This document shows positions 17,149-27,034 of a stretch of DNA of 64,000 bases, piece by piece. Origin of the DNA: Deltaproteobacteria bacterium (GTDB taxonomy: Bacteria > SAR324 > NAC60-12); assembly GCA_038150265.1 (NCBI GenBank), contig JAYOTF010000011.1, forward strand, positions 11,130-75,129, given 5' to 3'. The notes under the pieces are model-generated. The model saw only the letters and a list, made by a program, of their open reading frames with translations. It had not been told where the DNA came from and did not search any database. Each line of letters begins with the position of its first letter. Positions within the stretch are counted from its first letter, which is position 1. Both the position numbers and the translations under genes were made by a program.

Positions 17149-19296
17149 ATGTCGCTAACGAGATTCTACCAGCAAGCGAAAATCCTGCCATTTCTTCTCA
17201 CCAGTCTTCTGGTCCTCCCCGGGGCTTTGGGCGCACAGGTTGCGGATTATGCGCAGACGTGGAGCACCGCCCGGGCCGCATTTGTGGCTCAGGAGCCTGA
17301 ACAGGCCCTGCAGGAGCTGACCCCGCTGCTGCAAAGCGATGCCCCCTTCACCTGGCAACAGCGCGGGTGGATGCTCGCCGGCAAGAGCCTCCTGGCGCTC
17401 GGACGGCCTCAGGAAGCCAAGCAGTGGTTTGAAAAGGTCTCTCTTCCCGAAAACGAGCATTACGACCTCTGGCTATACTATCGTGCCGAAAGTCACCTGC
17501 AGGCTCAAGAGTACGAGCGGGCCTTTTACCTCATGGAGCTGCTGCTCCAGCACCCGCGTTACGAATCGTACCTCCCCCGCATCCGCCAGTCCCTGGCCCA
17601 GCAGGCTCAGGCGCCGGCTGCAGGGACGTACCTGCTGAGCCTGCTCAACAAACCTGAAAATCACGCCGAGTCCCTGCTGGAAGACGACCGCATTTACCGG
17701 CTCTACCTGAAGGCGGCCGAGCAAGCCGGACAGCCCATTCCGGTGGAACAGCAGCTGCTGGCCTGGAAGAATCCGGGAAGCGAAGCCGCTGCTCGTCAGA
17801 CCCAGCAGCTCCTGGAGCAGCAGAACACCCCCATCAGCGATGCGGCCGTCCGGGAGCGTGTGGATGCCCTCCGGCGCCTGCGCGCCCGAGACTACCTCCT
17901 GGAGCAACTGCCGCTGCTGATGAAGGGACGGTCTGCCGAGCTGCAAACGGAACTCGGCAAAATCTACATCCGGACCCTCTTCTACTCGCGGCAGTACTCC
18001 AAGATGGTTCGGCATTACCAGCGCAAGGACTTCCGCAAGCGCTACGCGGTTCCCGAGGAGACCGAGTACTACTGGATGATGCGGGCCTACCAGCGCCTGA
18101 AGCGGACCAAGGACGCCCGCTTCCTGCTCTACAAGCTGGAAGAGAACCATCCCAACTCCCCCCTCCTGCCCCTGGGTTATGAGCACATGGCCTCCTACTA
18201 CCAGGGTCAGCGAGAAGCCGAAAATGCCGCCTTCTGGTGGCGCCGCTTCCTGGAGCGGGTTCCCAAGCACCGCGACCGCGAGGGCATGCTCTGGAACCTG
18301 GCCTGGCACCACTCGCGCGGCAAGGGCTTCCTGACCGCCCTCAAGTACCTGGAGCAGGGCCTTGAAGAAGAAGCGCTGGGGCCCGAAACCCGAGGCAAGT
18401 TCCTCTACTGGAGCGGACAGTTTCACCTCAAGCTTCAGCAAAAAGAAGAAGCCCAGAAGCGCTTTGTGTCCCTCGCCGACACCCTGCCCAACACCTACTA
18501 CGGCCTCCGGCTCCGGCTGGACCAGCCCAACCTCTTCCCGGCCCCGCAGCCTCCCAAGGCCCTGGAAGAGCTGGACCTCCAGCTCAGTGAGCGCGAAGCC
18601 TCGTTCCTCCAGCACTGCGAGTACCTCTTCGAGGTTCTGGAGTCGGACCTTGCCGTCTGGCGCCTCCGCCAGGCCTTCCGTGACAAGCCCAGCCAGGCCC
18701 TGGTGCTGGAAACCGGAATGGTGCTGCAGCGGTATCACGAGTACCACGCGCTTCAGAAGCTGGTTGCCGGCCGTTACATCCAACGCCTGAAGTCGCAGGA
18801 CGTAGACGGCCAACCCGTCTGGACCATGGTCTTTCCCCGCCCGTACTGGGAGCAGGTGCAGCACTATGCTGAAGACGCCGGCATTGACCCCTACTGGGCC
18901 CTTGCCATCATGCGGGAAGAGAGCCTCTTTGACCCTCAGGCCGTCTCCTCGGCCAATGCCATGGGCCTCATGCAGCTCATGCCCGCCACAGCGAAGGACG
19001 TGGCCAGCTGGAAGAACATCGACCTGCGCATTCCGGATGACGTCTTCAATCCTCACATCAATGCCCGCCTCGGCACGAGCTACCTCGGGCACCTCGCCAG
19101 TCGGTTTGAGGATGAACTCATCCTCACGGCCGGAAGCTACAACGCCGGGCCCGGAAACATGGGCAAGTGGCTCAAGCGCATCCGCTTCCACTCCCTCGAC
19201 GAGTTTGTCGAAGACATTCCCTTTGAAGAGACGCGCAACTACGTCAAGCGCGTCTACCGGACTTACCAGCTCTACAAGCAGCTCTACCAAGGCTGA
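17149..19296 (+). CDS. soluble lytic transglycosylase (SLT domain) with N-terminal TPR-like repeats and signal peptide
   Basis: AIMREESLFDPQAVSSANAMGLMQLMPATA, SYNAGPG, IPFEETRNYVKRV. Confidence 0.92.
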   Translation: MSLTRFYQQAKILPFLLTSLLVLPGALGAQVADYAQTWSTARAAFVAQEPEQALQELTPLLQSDAPFTWQQRGWMLAGKSLLALGRPQEAKQWFEKVSLPENEHYDLWLYYRAESHLQAQEYERAFYLMELLLQHPRYESYLPRIRQSLAQQAQAPAAGTYLLSLLNKPENHAESLLEDDRIYRLYLKAAEQAGQPIPVEQQLLAWKNPGSEAAARQTQQLLEQQNTPISDAAVRERVDALRRLRARDYLLEQLPLLMKGRSAELQTELGKIYIRTLFYSRQYSKMVRHYQRKDFRKRYAVPEETEYYWMMRAYQRLKRTKDARFLLYKLEENHPNSPLLPLGYEHMASYYQGQREAENAAFWWRRFLERVPKHRDREGMLWNLAWHHSRGKGFLTALKYLEQGLEEEALGPETRGKFLYWSGQFHLKLQQKEEAQKRFVSLADTLPNTYYGLRLRLDQPNLFPAPQPPKALEELDLQLSEREASFLQHCEYLFEVLESDLAVWRLRQAFRDKPSQALVLETGMVLQRYHEYHALQKLVAGRYIQRLKSQDVDGQPVWTMVFPRPYWEQVQHYAEDAGIDPYWALAIMREESLFDPQAVSSANAMGLMQLMPATAKDVASWKNIDLRIPDDVFNPHINARLGTSYLGHLASRFEDELILTAGSYNAGPGNMGKWLKRIRFHSLDEFVEDIPFEETRNYVKRVYRTYQLYKQLYQG

Positions 19297-19422
19297 CGTC
19301 TTCCTCAGCGGCGGGTCCTGAAAACGCTGGACTCGCCCCGGTAAATGGGGACAATGCCTGATCAGGCTGTTTGAGGTGCACTGGGTGTTTCAAACTCTTC
19401 CCCCCTTTCCCTTAGGAGACAC

Positions 19423-20205
19423 ATGCGCTTTGCGGCACTATCCCCCGTTGGTTTGCACTACCGGATTTCCGGCAACCCCAGAGGGCCGGCGGTCCTCTTC
19501 CTCAATCCCCTTGGTACCGACCTGCGGCTCTGGAACCGGGTCATCCCCGGCTTTCAGGAACGCTTCCGGGTGATCCGCATGGACCACCGTGGGCAGGGCC
19601 TTTCGGACGCGCCTGCCGGGCCTTACACCGTCTTTGAGATGGCCGAAGACGTGGCTCGGCTGCTGGATCACCTCGAGATCCGCTCCGCCTCTGTTGTCGG
19701 CCTCTCCATCGGAGGCCTGATTGCTCAGGCGCTGGCGACGCTGCGTCCGGAACTGGTCTTCCGCCTCATCCTCTGTGACACCGGTGCCGTCATTGGAACC
19801 CCAGAGGGCTGGGAGGAACGCATCCAGGCCGTCACCTCCGGAGGGCTGGAAGCCGTTGCGGCCGCCACGCTGGAGCGCTGGCTTCCTGCCGAATACCGAC
19901 AGGACCACCCGGAAGAAGGGGCCCTCTGGCAAAACCTGCTGCTCCGGACCTCCAGGCAGGGCTACCTGGGAGCCTGTGCCGCTCTGCGAGACGCCAACCT
20001 GACGGAATCCACCCGAGCACTCAGTGTTCCGGCTCTGGTCCTCTGTGGCTCGGAAGACACGGTCACGCCCCCTTCGCTCGGTGAAGAGCTGGCCGGTCTG
20101 ATTTCCGGAGCCGAGTTCGACCTCATCGAAGGGGCGGCGCACCTGCCCTGCCTCGACCGTTCCGAACTGCTGGGGCACCGCATCCGGCAGTTCCTTTCGC
20201 GGTAA
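19423..20205 (+). CDS. pcaD: 3-oxoadipate enol-lactonase-like alpha/beta hydrolase
   Basis: NPLGTDLRLW, DHRGQGLS, GLSIGG nucleophile motif, GYLGACAAL, C-terminal AAHL. Confidence 0.8.
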   Translation: MRFAALSPVGLHYRISGNPRGPAVLFLNPLGTDLRLWNRVIPGFQERFRVIRMDHRGQGLSDAPAGPYTVFEMAEDVARLLDHLEIRSASVVGLSIGGLIAQALATLRPELVFRLILCDTGAVIGTPEGWEERIQAVTSGGLEAVAAATLERWLPAEYRQDHPEEGALWQNLLLRTSRQGYLGACAALRDANLTESTRALSVPALVLCGSEDTVTPPSLGEELAGLISGAEFDLIEGAAHLPCLDRSELLGHRIRQFLSR

Positions 20206-20219
20206 CTTCCGGAGGCTCC

Positions 20220-21059
20220 GTGCTCGAATCCGCCCTGCGCCCCTTTTTGGAACTCGTTGAGCAGCAGACCCCGTTTGTGGCGGTCACGCTCGTCGAGGCC
20301 AAGGGCAGCACCCCACAGGATGCCGGCAGCCGGATGCTGGTCACCGCCTCCGGACGGCACTGGGGCACGGTCGGTGGCGGACGCATTGAACAGAAGGCGC
20401 TCGCCGAGGCTCAGGCGCTGCTCCAGCAGTGGGCGCCTGCTCCCGAGTTCCGACGCTGGAACCTCAACAAGGACGTGGGCATGACCTGCGGCGGATCCGT
20501 TTCGCTGTTCTTTGAGCCCGTCGGGGTGCATCCCTGGCAAATCGTCATCTATGGCGCCGGACACGTCGCGCAGGCCCTGGTTCCCCTCCTCCTGCCCCTG
20601 CCGGCTCAGGTCCTCTGCCTGGATCCCCGCTCCGAGTGGCTCAGCCAGCTTCCGGAGGCGCCCAACCTGACCCGGCAGCAGGCCCCCGACCTCCCGGAAA
20701 CGGTGGATCAGGTTTCCCCAGAAGCCTTTGTGCTGTGCCTGACCTCCGGACACGCCACCGATCGTCCCATCCTCCAGCGCTTTCTGGAGCGTGGCAACCA
20801 GGCCTTCCTTGGCGCCATCGGCAGCCGTGCCAAAGCCGCAACGCTCCGCAAGGAGCTGCAGGCGTCTGGGCTGACCGCGGAGCAAGTCCAGGCCTTTTCC
20901 TGTCCGCTGGGCTGGTCGCTGGGCACCAATCATCCGCACGAAATTGCCATCAGCATTGCGGCTCAGCTGCTTCATGAACGCGACCAGCGCGCCGGCATTC
21001 AGCACCACCGGGTGCCCCTGCCTCCGCGGGAAACCGAGAGCCGCGACACAGGAATTTGA
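20220..21059 (+). CDS. xdhC: xanthine dehydrogenase accessory protein XdhC
   Basis: KGSTPQDAG, GTVGGGRIE, VGMTCGG, YGAGHVA, GAIGSRAK, HPHEIAISIAAQLL. Confidence 0.88.
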   Translation: MLESALRPFLELVEQQTPFVAVTLVEAKGSTPQDAGSRMLVTASGRHWGTVGGGRIEQKALAEAQALLQQWAPAPEFRRWNLNKDVGMTCGGSVSLFFEPVGVHPWQIVIYGAGHVAQALVPLLLPLPAQVLCLDPRSEWLSQLPEAPNLTRQQAPDLPETVDQVSPEAFVLCLTSGHATDRPILQRFLERGNQAFLGAIGSRAKAATLRKELQASGLTAEQVQAFSCPLGWSLGTNHPHEIAISIAAQLLHERDQRAGIQHHRVPLPPRETESRDTGI

Positions 21060-21174
21060 CCCCGAGCCACGACCGTAGCTTGCTCTCAGTGCGGGAATCC
21101 CGCACAATGCACGGTTCGCACAGTGACCCTCGCACAACACCATCCAGAATTTCCTGTTTCTTCCGTTTCCACTC

Positions 21175-24100
21175 ATGCAGCTTCCGTTTTCCGAAGTCTT
21201 TCCCCGGCTCCAGCACGCCTCTGAACTCCTCCACCTCGATGGCCTGCAGGGCTCCAGCAAGGCCCTGCTCCTGACGCTGCTTCAGCACGTCCGGCAACGT
21301 CCGTTTGTCGTCCTTTGCGAGTCCTACGAGGTGGCTGAACGGCTGCATGCCGACCTGGCCTACTTCAGTGGTCCGGAGGGGCTGCGCTTCTTTCCACATT
21401 GGGACGTCCTTCCCTATGACAACTTTTCTCCACACCGTTCGCTCACCGCTGAGCGCTTCCAGACCCTGCACGCGCTGCTGCACTCAGAGGCCCGGATTGT
21501 CGTCACCACGCCCCATGCGCTCATGCAGAAGCTCATGCCGCGCCGGGTGTTTGAGGCCGCCACCCTGCGCCTCACTGCGGGGCAGCCGGAGGTGCTGGAG
21601 ACCCTGACCCGGCTGCTCCGGGAAAGTGGTTACGTGGCCGTGGACACCGTGGAGGATCAGGGCGAATTTGGCCTGCATGGGCACATCCTTGACCTCTTTC
21701 CAATGGGGGCTCCCCATCCGTATCGCCTGGAGTGGAAGGCGGAAGACGGCGTGGAGGTGCTGGAGCGCATCCTGCCGTTTGACGTTCAGACCCAGCTCAG
21801 CCGCGCTGAAGAAGTGAAGGCCCTGGAGCTGCTGCCGGCTGCCGAGGTCCTCTTCACCGAAGCCACCCAGCAGAAGGCGCGCCTGGCCCTCAGTGACCGG
21901 CGCAAGGACTGCGACCCCCAGGTCTTCCGGAACCTGGACCGGCACCTGCGAGAGGCCGAGGTCTTTCCCGGAATGGAATCCCTGGCGCCGCTGTTCTTTG
22001 GCGCGCTTGAGACGCTGCTGGACTACCTTCCAGAGGAAGCCCAGCTCGTGTTTGACGAAGAGGACGTCCTCCACGACCGGGCTGAGCATTTTTACAGCGA
22101 GGTCTTCATGGAGTACGAACTCAGCCTGCAGCAAGAACGCCTGACGCTGCCACCGGAGCTGCTCTTTCTGGACCACCGCGAATTCAAGCGCCTGGCCGAC
22201 CAGCGCCTCAACTTCACCCTGCAGGCAGACGAGCCCCGAGAGGCCTTTGGGCAGCGCCTCCGCCTCCCGTTCACCAACAACCGCAAGCTCCGGGAAGGCT
22301 TCCGCGACCAGGCGGCTCTCTCGGCCTCCGGACATGCCGTCCAGCGCCTCGGGGAGTGGCAGCAGGAAACCCGGCACGTGCTGCTCAATGCCCGGAACCA
22401 GACTCAGGCCGATCACTTCCGGATGCTGCTGGAGGACCTCAGTGTGGAGGCTCACCCCACCGAGCCCAGCATTCATGCCGAAGACTGGCAGGCCTGGCTG
22501 CTCGGCCAGACGCTTCCGCAGGCTCCTCAAGGCGGGTTCCCGATCTTCCACGGCACCCTCTCGGCCGGCTTTCAGCTCCTCAGCCCCGAGGGCACCGTGC
22601 TGTTTGCCCTGGTCACGGAAGAGGAAATCTTTGGCGAAAAGACCCGCAGCCGCCGGACCCAGCGGGCACAGGTTCAGGCCACCGCGGGCAGCCTGGATGA
22701 CCTCAAGGAAAACGACCTCGTGGTTCACCTCGACCACGGCATCGGCCGGTACCGAGGCCTCCAGAAAATTGACGCCGGTGGACAGTCGCACGAGTTCATG
22801 CTCCTCACCTTTGCCCGCGACGAAAAGGTCTATGTTCCCATTGGGAAGTTCCACCTCGTCCAGAAGTACGTCAACCCCGATGGCGGCCCGGCCAAACTCA
22901 ACAAGCTCGGTGACAAGGTCTGGAAGAAAACCCGGGCCCGCGTCGCCAAGGCTGTGGAGGACATTGCCGAGGAGCTGGCGGAAATTTATGCGAAGCGCAA
23001 GGCCCGGCGCGGAATCGCCTTTGCTCCGGATGACCACGACATGAAGGAGTTTGAGCTGGGCTTCCCCTTTGAGGAAACACCGGATCAGCTGCAGGCCATT
23101 GAGTTGGTCAAGAAGGACATGGAATCCGAGCAGCCCATGGACCGCCTCATCTGTGGAGACGTGGGGTTTGGCAAAACCGAGATTGCGATGCGGGCCGCGT
23201 TCAAGGCCGCCAGCCAGGGCAAGCAGGTGGTGGTGCTCGTGCCCACCACCATCCTCGCCCAGCAGCACTACAACTCCTTCCGGAAACGCTTTGCCGATGC
23301 GCCCTTCCTCATTGACGTCCTCAGCCGGTTCCGGACCCCAGCCGAGCAGAAGGAGACGCTCAAGCGCCTCCAGGAGAAGCGCCTTGATGTCCTCATCGGC
23401 ACCCACCGGCTGCTCTCCAAAGACGTCAAGTTTGCGGACCTGGGGCTGCTGATTGTCGATGAGGAGCAGCGCTTTGGCGTCAAGCACAAGGAGCGCATCA
23501 AGCAGTTCCGGGCCGAGGTAGATGTCCTCACCCTTTCGGCCACTCCGATTCCCCGGACCCTGCACATGTCGCTGATGGGCATCCGGGACCTGACCATCAT
23601 CAACACGCCTCCCGCTGACCGGATGGCCATCCGGACCCGGCTGGTGCAGGCCAACGACTACATCATTCAGGAAGCCGTGGGCCGGGAGATCCGCCGAGGC
23701 GGACAGGTGTTCATCGTCCACAATCGCGTGGAGAGCATCTATGAATACGGCAACTACCTCCAGCGCATCCTTCCGGAGGTGCGGGTGGTTGTGGGGCACG
23801 GACAGATGGGCGAGCACCAGCTGGAGCAGGTGATGATGGACTTCATTGAAGGCCGCGCAGATGTGCTGCTTGCCACCACCATCATTGAGTCCGGACTCGA
23901 CATTCCGCGGGCCAACACCATCATTGTCAACAACGCCGACCACTTTGGCCTCGCCCAGCTTTACCAGCTTCGGGGCCGGGTGGGGCGCAGCAACGTGCAG
24001 GCCTACGCTTACCTGCTTGTGTCTCCCGAGAAAATCCTCAATAGTATCGCCCGAGAACGGCTGCAGGTGCTGCAGGACCTCAACGACCTCGGCGCCGGCT

Positions 24101-24723
24101 TCAAGGTGGCTTCCCGAGATCTGGAAATCCGCGGGGCCGGTAACCTGCTGGGCTCGGAGCAGTCGGGGCAGATCGCCAGCGTTGGGCTGGAGCTCTACAC
24201 GCAGATGGTCGAGCGGGCGGTCAAACGCCTCCAGCAGCAAGACGCGCCGCAGCTGGAAAGCGAGGACATTCGTGTCAACTTCGACCACATTCCTCAAGAA
24301 ATTCCAGAGAGCTACATCCGCAGCACCAACCAGCGGCTCTCGCTTTACAAGGCCCTCGCAGGCCTTCCGGATGAAGAAGCCGTCTGGGAGCTGCGCAATG
24401 CCACCGAAAACCGCTTTGGCCCCATGCCTGAGATGATGCTCAACCTCTTCAAGCTGGCCCAGATCCGCCTCTGGGCCCAACGGCAGGGCATCACCACCGT
24501 GGAGCACCGCAGCCAGGCCATTCGCCTGCAACTGGCTGATGCCGGACGCATCAACCCGGACCAGCTCATCGCCTGGCTCTCAGAGCCCGACTGCGCCCTG
24601 CGGTACATTCCGGAGAACACGCTTGAAGTCCGCAACGTTGCGTCAAACCTCGATGACATCCTCTTTGAACTTCGGCAGCTTGATCCTCTCTTTCAGCCGG
24701 GCACCACGCCCGTTCCCGCCTGA
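21175..24723 (+). CDS. mfd: transcription-repair coupling factor
   Basis: VVHLDHGIGRY, ETPDQ, DRLICGDVGFGKTE, DEEQRFGV, SATPIPRTL, QLRGRVGR, DLEIRGAGNLLG, and a C-terminal TRCF domain. Confidence 0.97.
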   Translation: MQLPFSEVFPRLQHASELLHLDGLQGSSKALLLTLLQHVRQRPFVVLCESYEVAERLHADLAYFSGPEGLRFFPHWDVLPYDNFSPHRSLTAERFQTLHALLHSEARIVVTTPHALMQKLMPRRVFEAATLRLTAGQPEVLETLTRLLRESGYVAVDTVEDQGEFGLHGHILDLFPMGAPHPYRLEWKAEDGVEVLERILPFDVQTQLSRAEEVKALELLPAAEVLFTEATQQKARLALSDRRKDCDPQVFRNLDRHLREAEVFPGMESLAPLFFGALETLLDYLPEEAQLVFDEEDVLHDRAEHFYSEVFMEYELSLQQERLTLPPELLFLDHREFKRLADQRLNFTLQADEPREAFGQRLRLPFTNNRKLREGFRDQAALSASGHAVQRLGEWQQETRHVLLNARNQTQADHFRMLLEDLSVEAHPTEPSIHAEDWQAWLLGQTLPQAPQGGFPIFHGTLSAGFQLLSPEGTVLFALVTEEEIFGEKTRSRRTQRAQVQATAGSLDDLKENDLVVHLDHGIGRYRGLQKIDAGGQSHEFMLLTFARDEKVYVPIGKFHLVQKYVNPDGGPAKLNKLGDKVWKKTRARVAKAVEDIAEELAEIYAKRKARRGIAFAPDDHDMKEFELGFPFEETPDQLQAIELVKKDMESEQPMDRLICGDVGFGKTEIAMRAAFKAASQGKQVVVLVPTTILAQQHYNSFRKRFADAPFLIDVLSRFRTPAEQKETLKRLQEKRLDVLIGTHRLLSKDVKFADLGLLIVDEEQRFGVKHKERIKQFRAEVDVLTLSATPIPRTLHMSLMGIRDLTIINTPPADRMAIRTRLVQANDYIIQEAVGREIRRGGQVFIVHNRVESIYEYGNYLQRILPEVRVVVGHGQMGEHQLEQVMMDFIEGRADVLLATTIIESGLDIPRANTIIVNNADHFGLAQLYQLRGRVGRSNVQAYAYLLVSPEKILNSIARERLQVLQDLNDLGAGFKVASRDLEIRGAGNLLGSEQSGQIASVGLELYTQMVERAVKRLQQQDAPQLESEDIRVNFDHIPQEIPESYIRSTNQRLSLYKALAGLPDEEAVWELRNATENRFGPMPEMMLNLFKLAQIRLWAQRQGITTVEHRSQAIRLQLADAGRINPDQLIAWLSEPDCALRYIPENTLEVRNVASNLDDILFELRQLDPLFQPGTTPVPA

Positions 24724-24732
24724 CCTCCGCTG

Positions 24733-25392
24733 ATGCAACTGCTGGAATCCTGGATTCGGGAACTCGAAGGCCTGCTGGAGCAGGTCTCTCAGGTGCTGGA
24801 AGCCCTCCACACCCTTCCCTTTCACAACGACTGGCCCACGTCGGCGCCTGGTCAGCTCTATCAGCAGGCGCTGGAAGCCATGGAGGCCACGCTGCTGGCG
24901 TTCTGGCATCAGCGCGAGGCACCCATTCAGGAGCTGGAGCAGGCGGTGCTGACCTGGTTCCTCCGCGATCAGCGTCACCCGGAAGGCGTCCTCCGCAGCT
25001 GCCTCCGCTGGAATGAAGCCCTCCTTGAGGCCCTGGCGCCTCTGGAGCCCAGCCGCAAGGCCGCTGGCTGGTCCGGATTCCTTGAGCATGCCATGCTGCA
25101 GGAGCCTCACCTGGTGGCACGCCTCCGGGCGCCAGAAAGTGGCGTGGCTCCGGAAGCCCGACAGGCCCTGGCGCGTGGCTACCTCGCGTGCATGCAGCCG
25201 GTTCATCAGGCGCCACTCAGTCAACTCGGCATCCGCTTCTTCTCCCTCCTCTCGGCCTTCACACGCCGGAGCGTCTTCCTCCCAGACCTGCACACTCCAC
25301 TCGGCCAACCCGCCTTCCAGGCCTCACTCGACGCCGCTCAACGCTGGGAGCGGTTCCAACAGGAATTCCTCCACACGCACCAACTCTCCTGA
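24733..25392 (+). CDS. hypothetical protein
   Basis: 219-aa helical-looking ORF starting 9 nt after mfd and filling the gap. Confidence 0.6.
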   Translation: MQLLESWIRELEGLLEQVSQVLEALHTLPFHNDWPTSAPGQLYQQALEAMEATLLAFWHQREAPIQELEQAVLTWFLRDQRHPEGVLRSCLRWNEALLEALAPLEPSRKAAGWSGFLEHAMLQEPHLVARLRAPESGVAPEARQALARGYLACMQPVHQAPLSQLGIRFFSLLSAFTRRSVFLPDLHTPLGQPAFQASLDAAQRWERFQQEFLHTHQLS

Positions 25393-25435
25393 ACGCCACC
25401 CACCTCAAGAAATGCAACGGGTCCCGAAATGAGGC

Positions 25436-25464
25436 TTGACCTGACCCTTTGTTATCGATAACAT
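25436..25464 (+). promoter_or_regulatory. sigma70-type promoter with an overlapping LacI/GntR-type operator
   Basis: TTGACC (25436-25441)-N17-TAACAT (25459-25464). The perfect palindrome TGTTATCGATAACA at 25450-25463 overlaps the spacer and -10. Confidence 0.75.
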
Positions 25465-25515
25465 CTCGAAATCTCAGGGCGTCCCCGAGGCGTCGGATTT
25501 CAACAGAGAGCCCTC

Positions 25516-26526
25516 ATGAACGGAAACGACAAACCGATTCGGATGCAAGAGGTCGCCGAGTATGCGGGGGTTTCCATCATGACCGTCTCGCGGGTGCTGC
25601 GGAAACCGGAGAAGGTGGCAGAGGGTTCACGCAAGCGGGTGCTGCAGGCGATTGACGCCCTGGGGTACGTTCCCGACCTCACCGCCGGCGCGCTCTCGTC
25701 GAAGCGCAGCCACTTCATTGTGGCGCTGATTCCGATGATGAACAGCTCCCCGTTTGCCGACACGATGCAGAGCCTCTCGTCGGTCCTCAACGAGGCCGGT
25801 TACCAACTGCTCATCGGCAGCACCGACTATGCGCTTGAGAAGGAAGAGTCGCTGGTCCGGACGCTGCTGGGGCACCGCCCGCAGGGCATGGTTCTGACTG
25901 GACGGCAGCACCACCCAGAGGTGTACAAGCACCTGAAGCGCTCTCAGATTCCGGTGGTGGAGATCTGGGACCTCCCTGACGAGCCCATTGATGGAGCCGT
26001 CGGCTACTCCAACTTTGATTGCGGGGTCTGCCTGACCGAATTTCTGCATGCCAAGGGGCGGCGGAAGATCGGGTTTGCGCTTGCAGAGATGCGAGACGAT
26101 GACCGAGGCGAGCAGCGCCTGCAGGGCTACCTCGCAACCGTTCAGCGCCTGGGGCTTCCGGAGCTGGTGGTGCGGGCCGGGCAACCGCCGGTGACCATGG
26201 AATTGGGAGGCCGCCTGCTGCAAGACCTCCTCCAGCAGCATCCGGAAGTCGACTCGGTGATCTGCGTCAGTGACACCCTGGCGATTGGGGTGCTCTCGGA
26301 ATGCCGGCAGCAGGGACGGCGGGTGCCGGAAGACCTGGCGGTGGTGGGATTTGGCGACTTCGAAGTGGCCCAGCACACCTCACCTCCGCTGACGACCATC
26401 CGGGTGTCCGGGCACGAAATTGGCCGGCAAACCGCACAGCTGCTGCTGAACCAGATTCAGGCCGGATCCTCGCCCCGCTCCAAAATTGATGTGACCTTTC
26501 AGCTAATTGAACGAGGCTCCACCTGA
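25516..26526 (+). CDS. LacI-family transcriptional regulator (similar to the E. coli gluconate repressor)
   Basis: HTH IRMQEVAEYAGVSIMTVSRVL, LGYVPD..AGAL, IPVVEIWD, VPEDLAVVGFGD..PPLTTI. Confidence 0.92.
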   Translation: MNGNDKPIRMQEVAEYAGVSIMTVSRVLRKPEKVAEGSRKRVLQAIDALGYVPDLTAGALSSKRSHFIVALIPMMNSSPFADTMQSLSSVLNEAGYQLLIGSTDYALEKEESLVRTLLGHRPQGMVLTGRQHHPEVYKHLKRSQIPVVEIWDLPDEPIDGAVGYSNFDCGVCLTEFLHAKGRRKIGFALAEMRDDDRGEQRLQGYLATVQRLGLPELVVRAGQPPVTMELGGRLLQDLLQQHPEVDSVICVSDTLAIGVLSECRQQGRRVPEDLAVVGFGDFEVAQHTSPPLTTIRVSGHEIGRQTAQLLLNQIQAGSSPRSKIDVTFQLIERGST

Positions 26527-26563
26527 GCCCCGGATTCCGCTTCCCCTTTGCAGGAGATTGTTC

Positions 26564-27025
26564 ATGAGTTACGAAAAACGCCTTCAGGAACTGGGCATCA
26601 CGCTTCCGGAAACCCCCACTCCCGTGGCCAACTACGTCCCCGGGGTCATCACGGGCGACTTGCTGTTCCTCTCCGGACAGGGCCCCCGGAAGCCGGACAA
26701 CACCTTTGAACTTGGCACCATCGGCGCAGACGTCAGCGTGGAAGAAGGCTACCAGCATGCTCGCCTGACGGGGCTCTTCCTCCTCTCTGCCGCCCGGAGC
26801 ATCCTGGGCAGCCTCGACCGGGTGGACCAGGTGGTGAAAATTCTGGCAATGGTCCGTGCCACCCCGGATTGCCCCGACCAGCCCAAGGTGGCCAATGGTC
26901 TGTCAGACCTGATGGTGGAAGTCTTTGGAGACGCCGGACGGCACGCCCGTTCCGCTGTGGGCATGGGGTCGCTTCCGAACGGCATGACCTTCGAGGCCGA
27001 GGCCATTTTGCGCATCAAGCCATAA
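26564..27025 (+). CDS. RidA/YjgF-family protein (long subtype)
   Basis: RBS CAGGAG before ATG 26564; PVANYVP, LFLSGQGP, VANGLSDLMVEVFGDAGRHARSAVGMGSLP. Confidence 0.9.
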   Translation: MSYEKRLQELGITLPETPTPVANYVPGVITGDLLFLSGQGPRKPDNTFELGTIGADVSVEEGYQHARLTGLFLLSAARSILGSLDRVDQVVKILAMVRATPDCPDQPKVANGLSDLMVEVFGDAGRHARSAVGMGSLPNGMTFEAEAILRIKP

Positions 27026-27034
27026 CCGACGGGC

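Noticed and set aside
21089..21105. Inverted repeat GTGCGGGA-A-TCCCGCAC between xdhC and mfd
   Set aside because: Short, seen once and without a U tract; no function can be assigned.
21484..24531. 1015-aa minus-strand ORF (likewise 17473-19290, 27107-28621, 30793-32082, 45173-46933)
   Set aside because: Antisense shadows of mfd and other well-supported genes.
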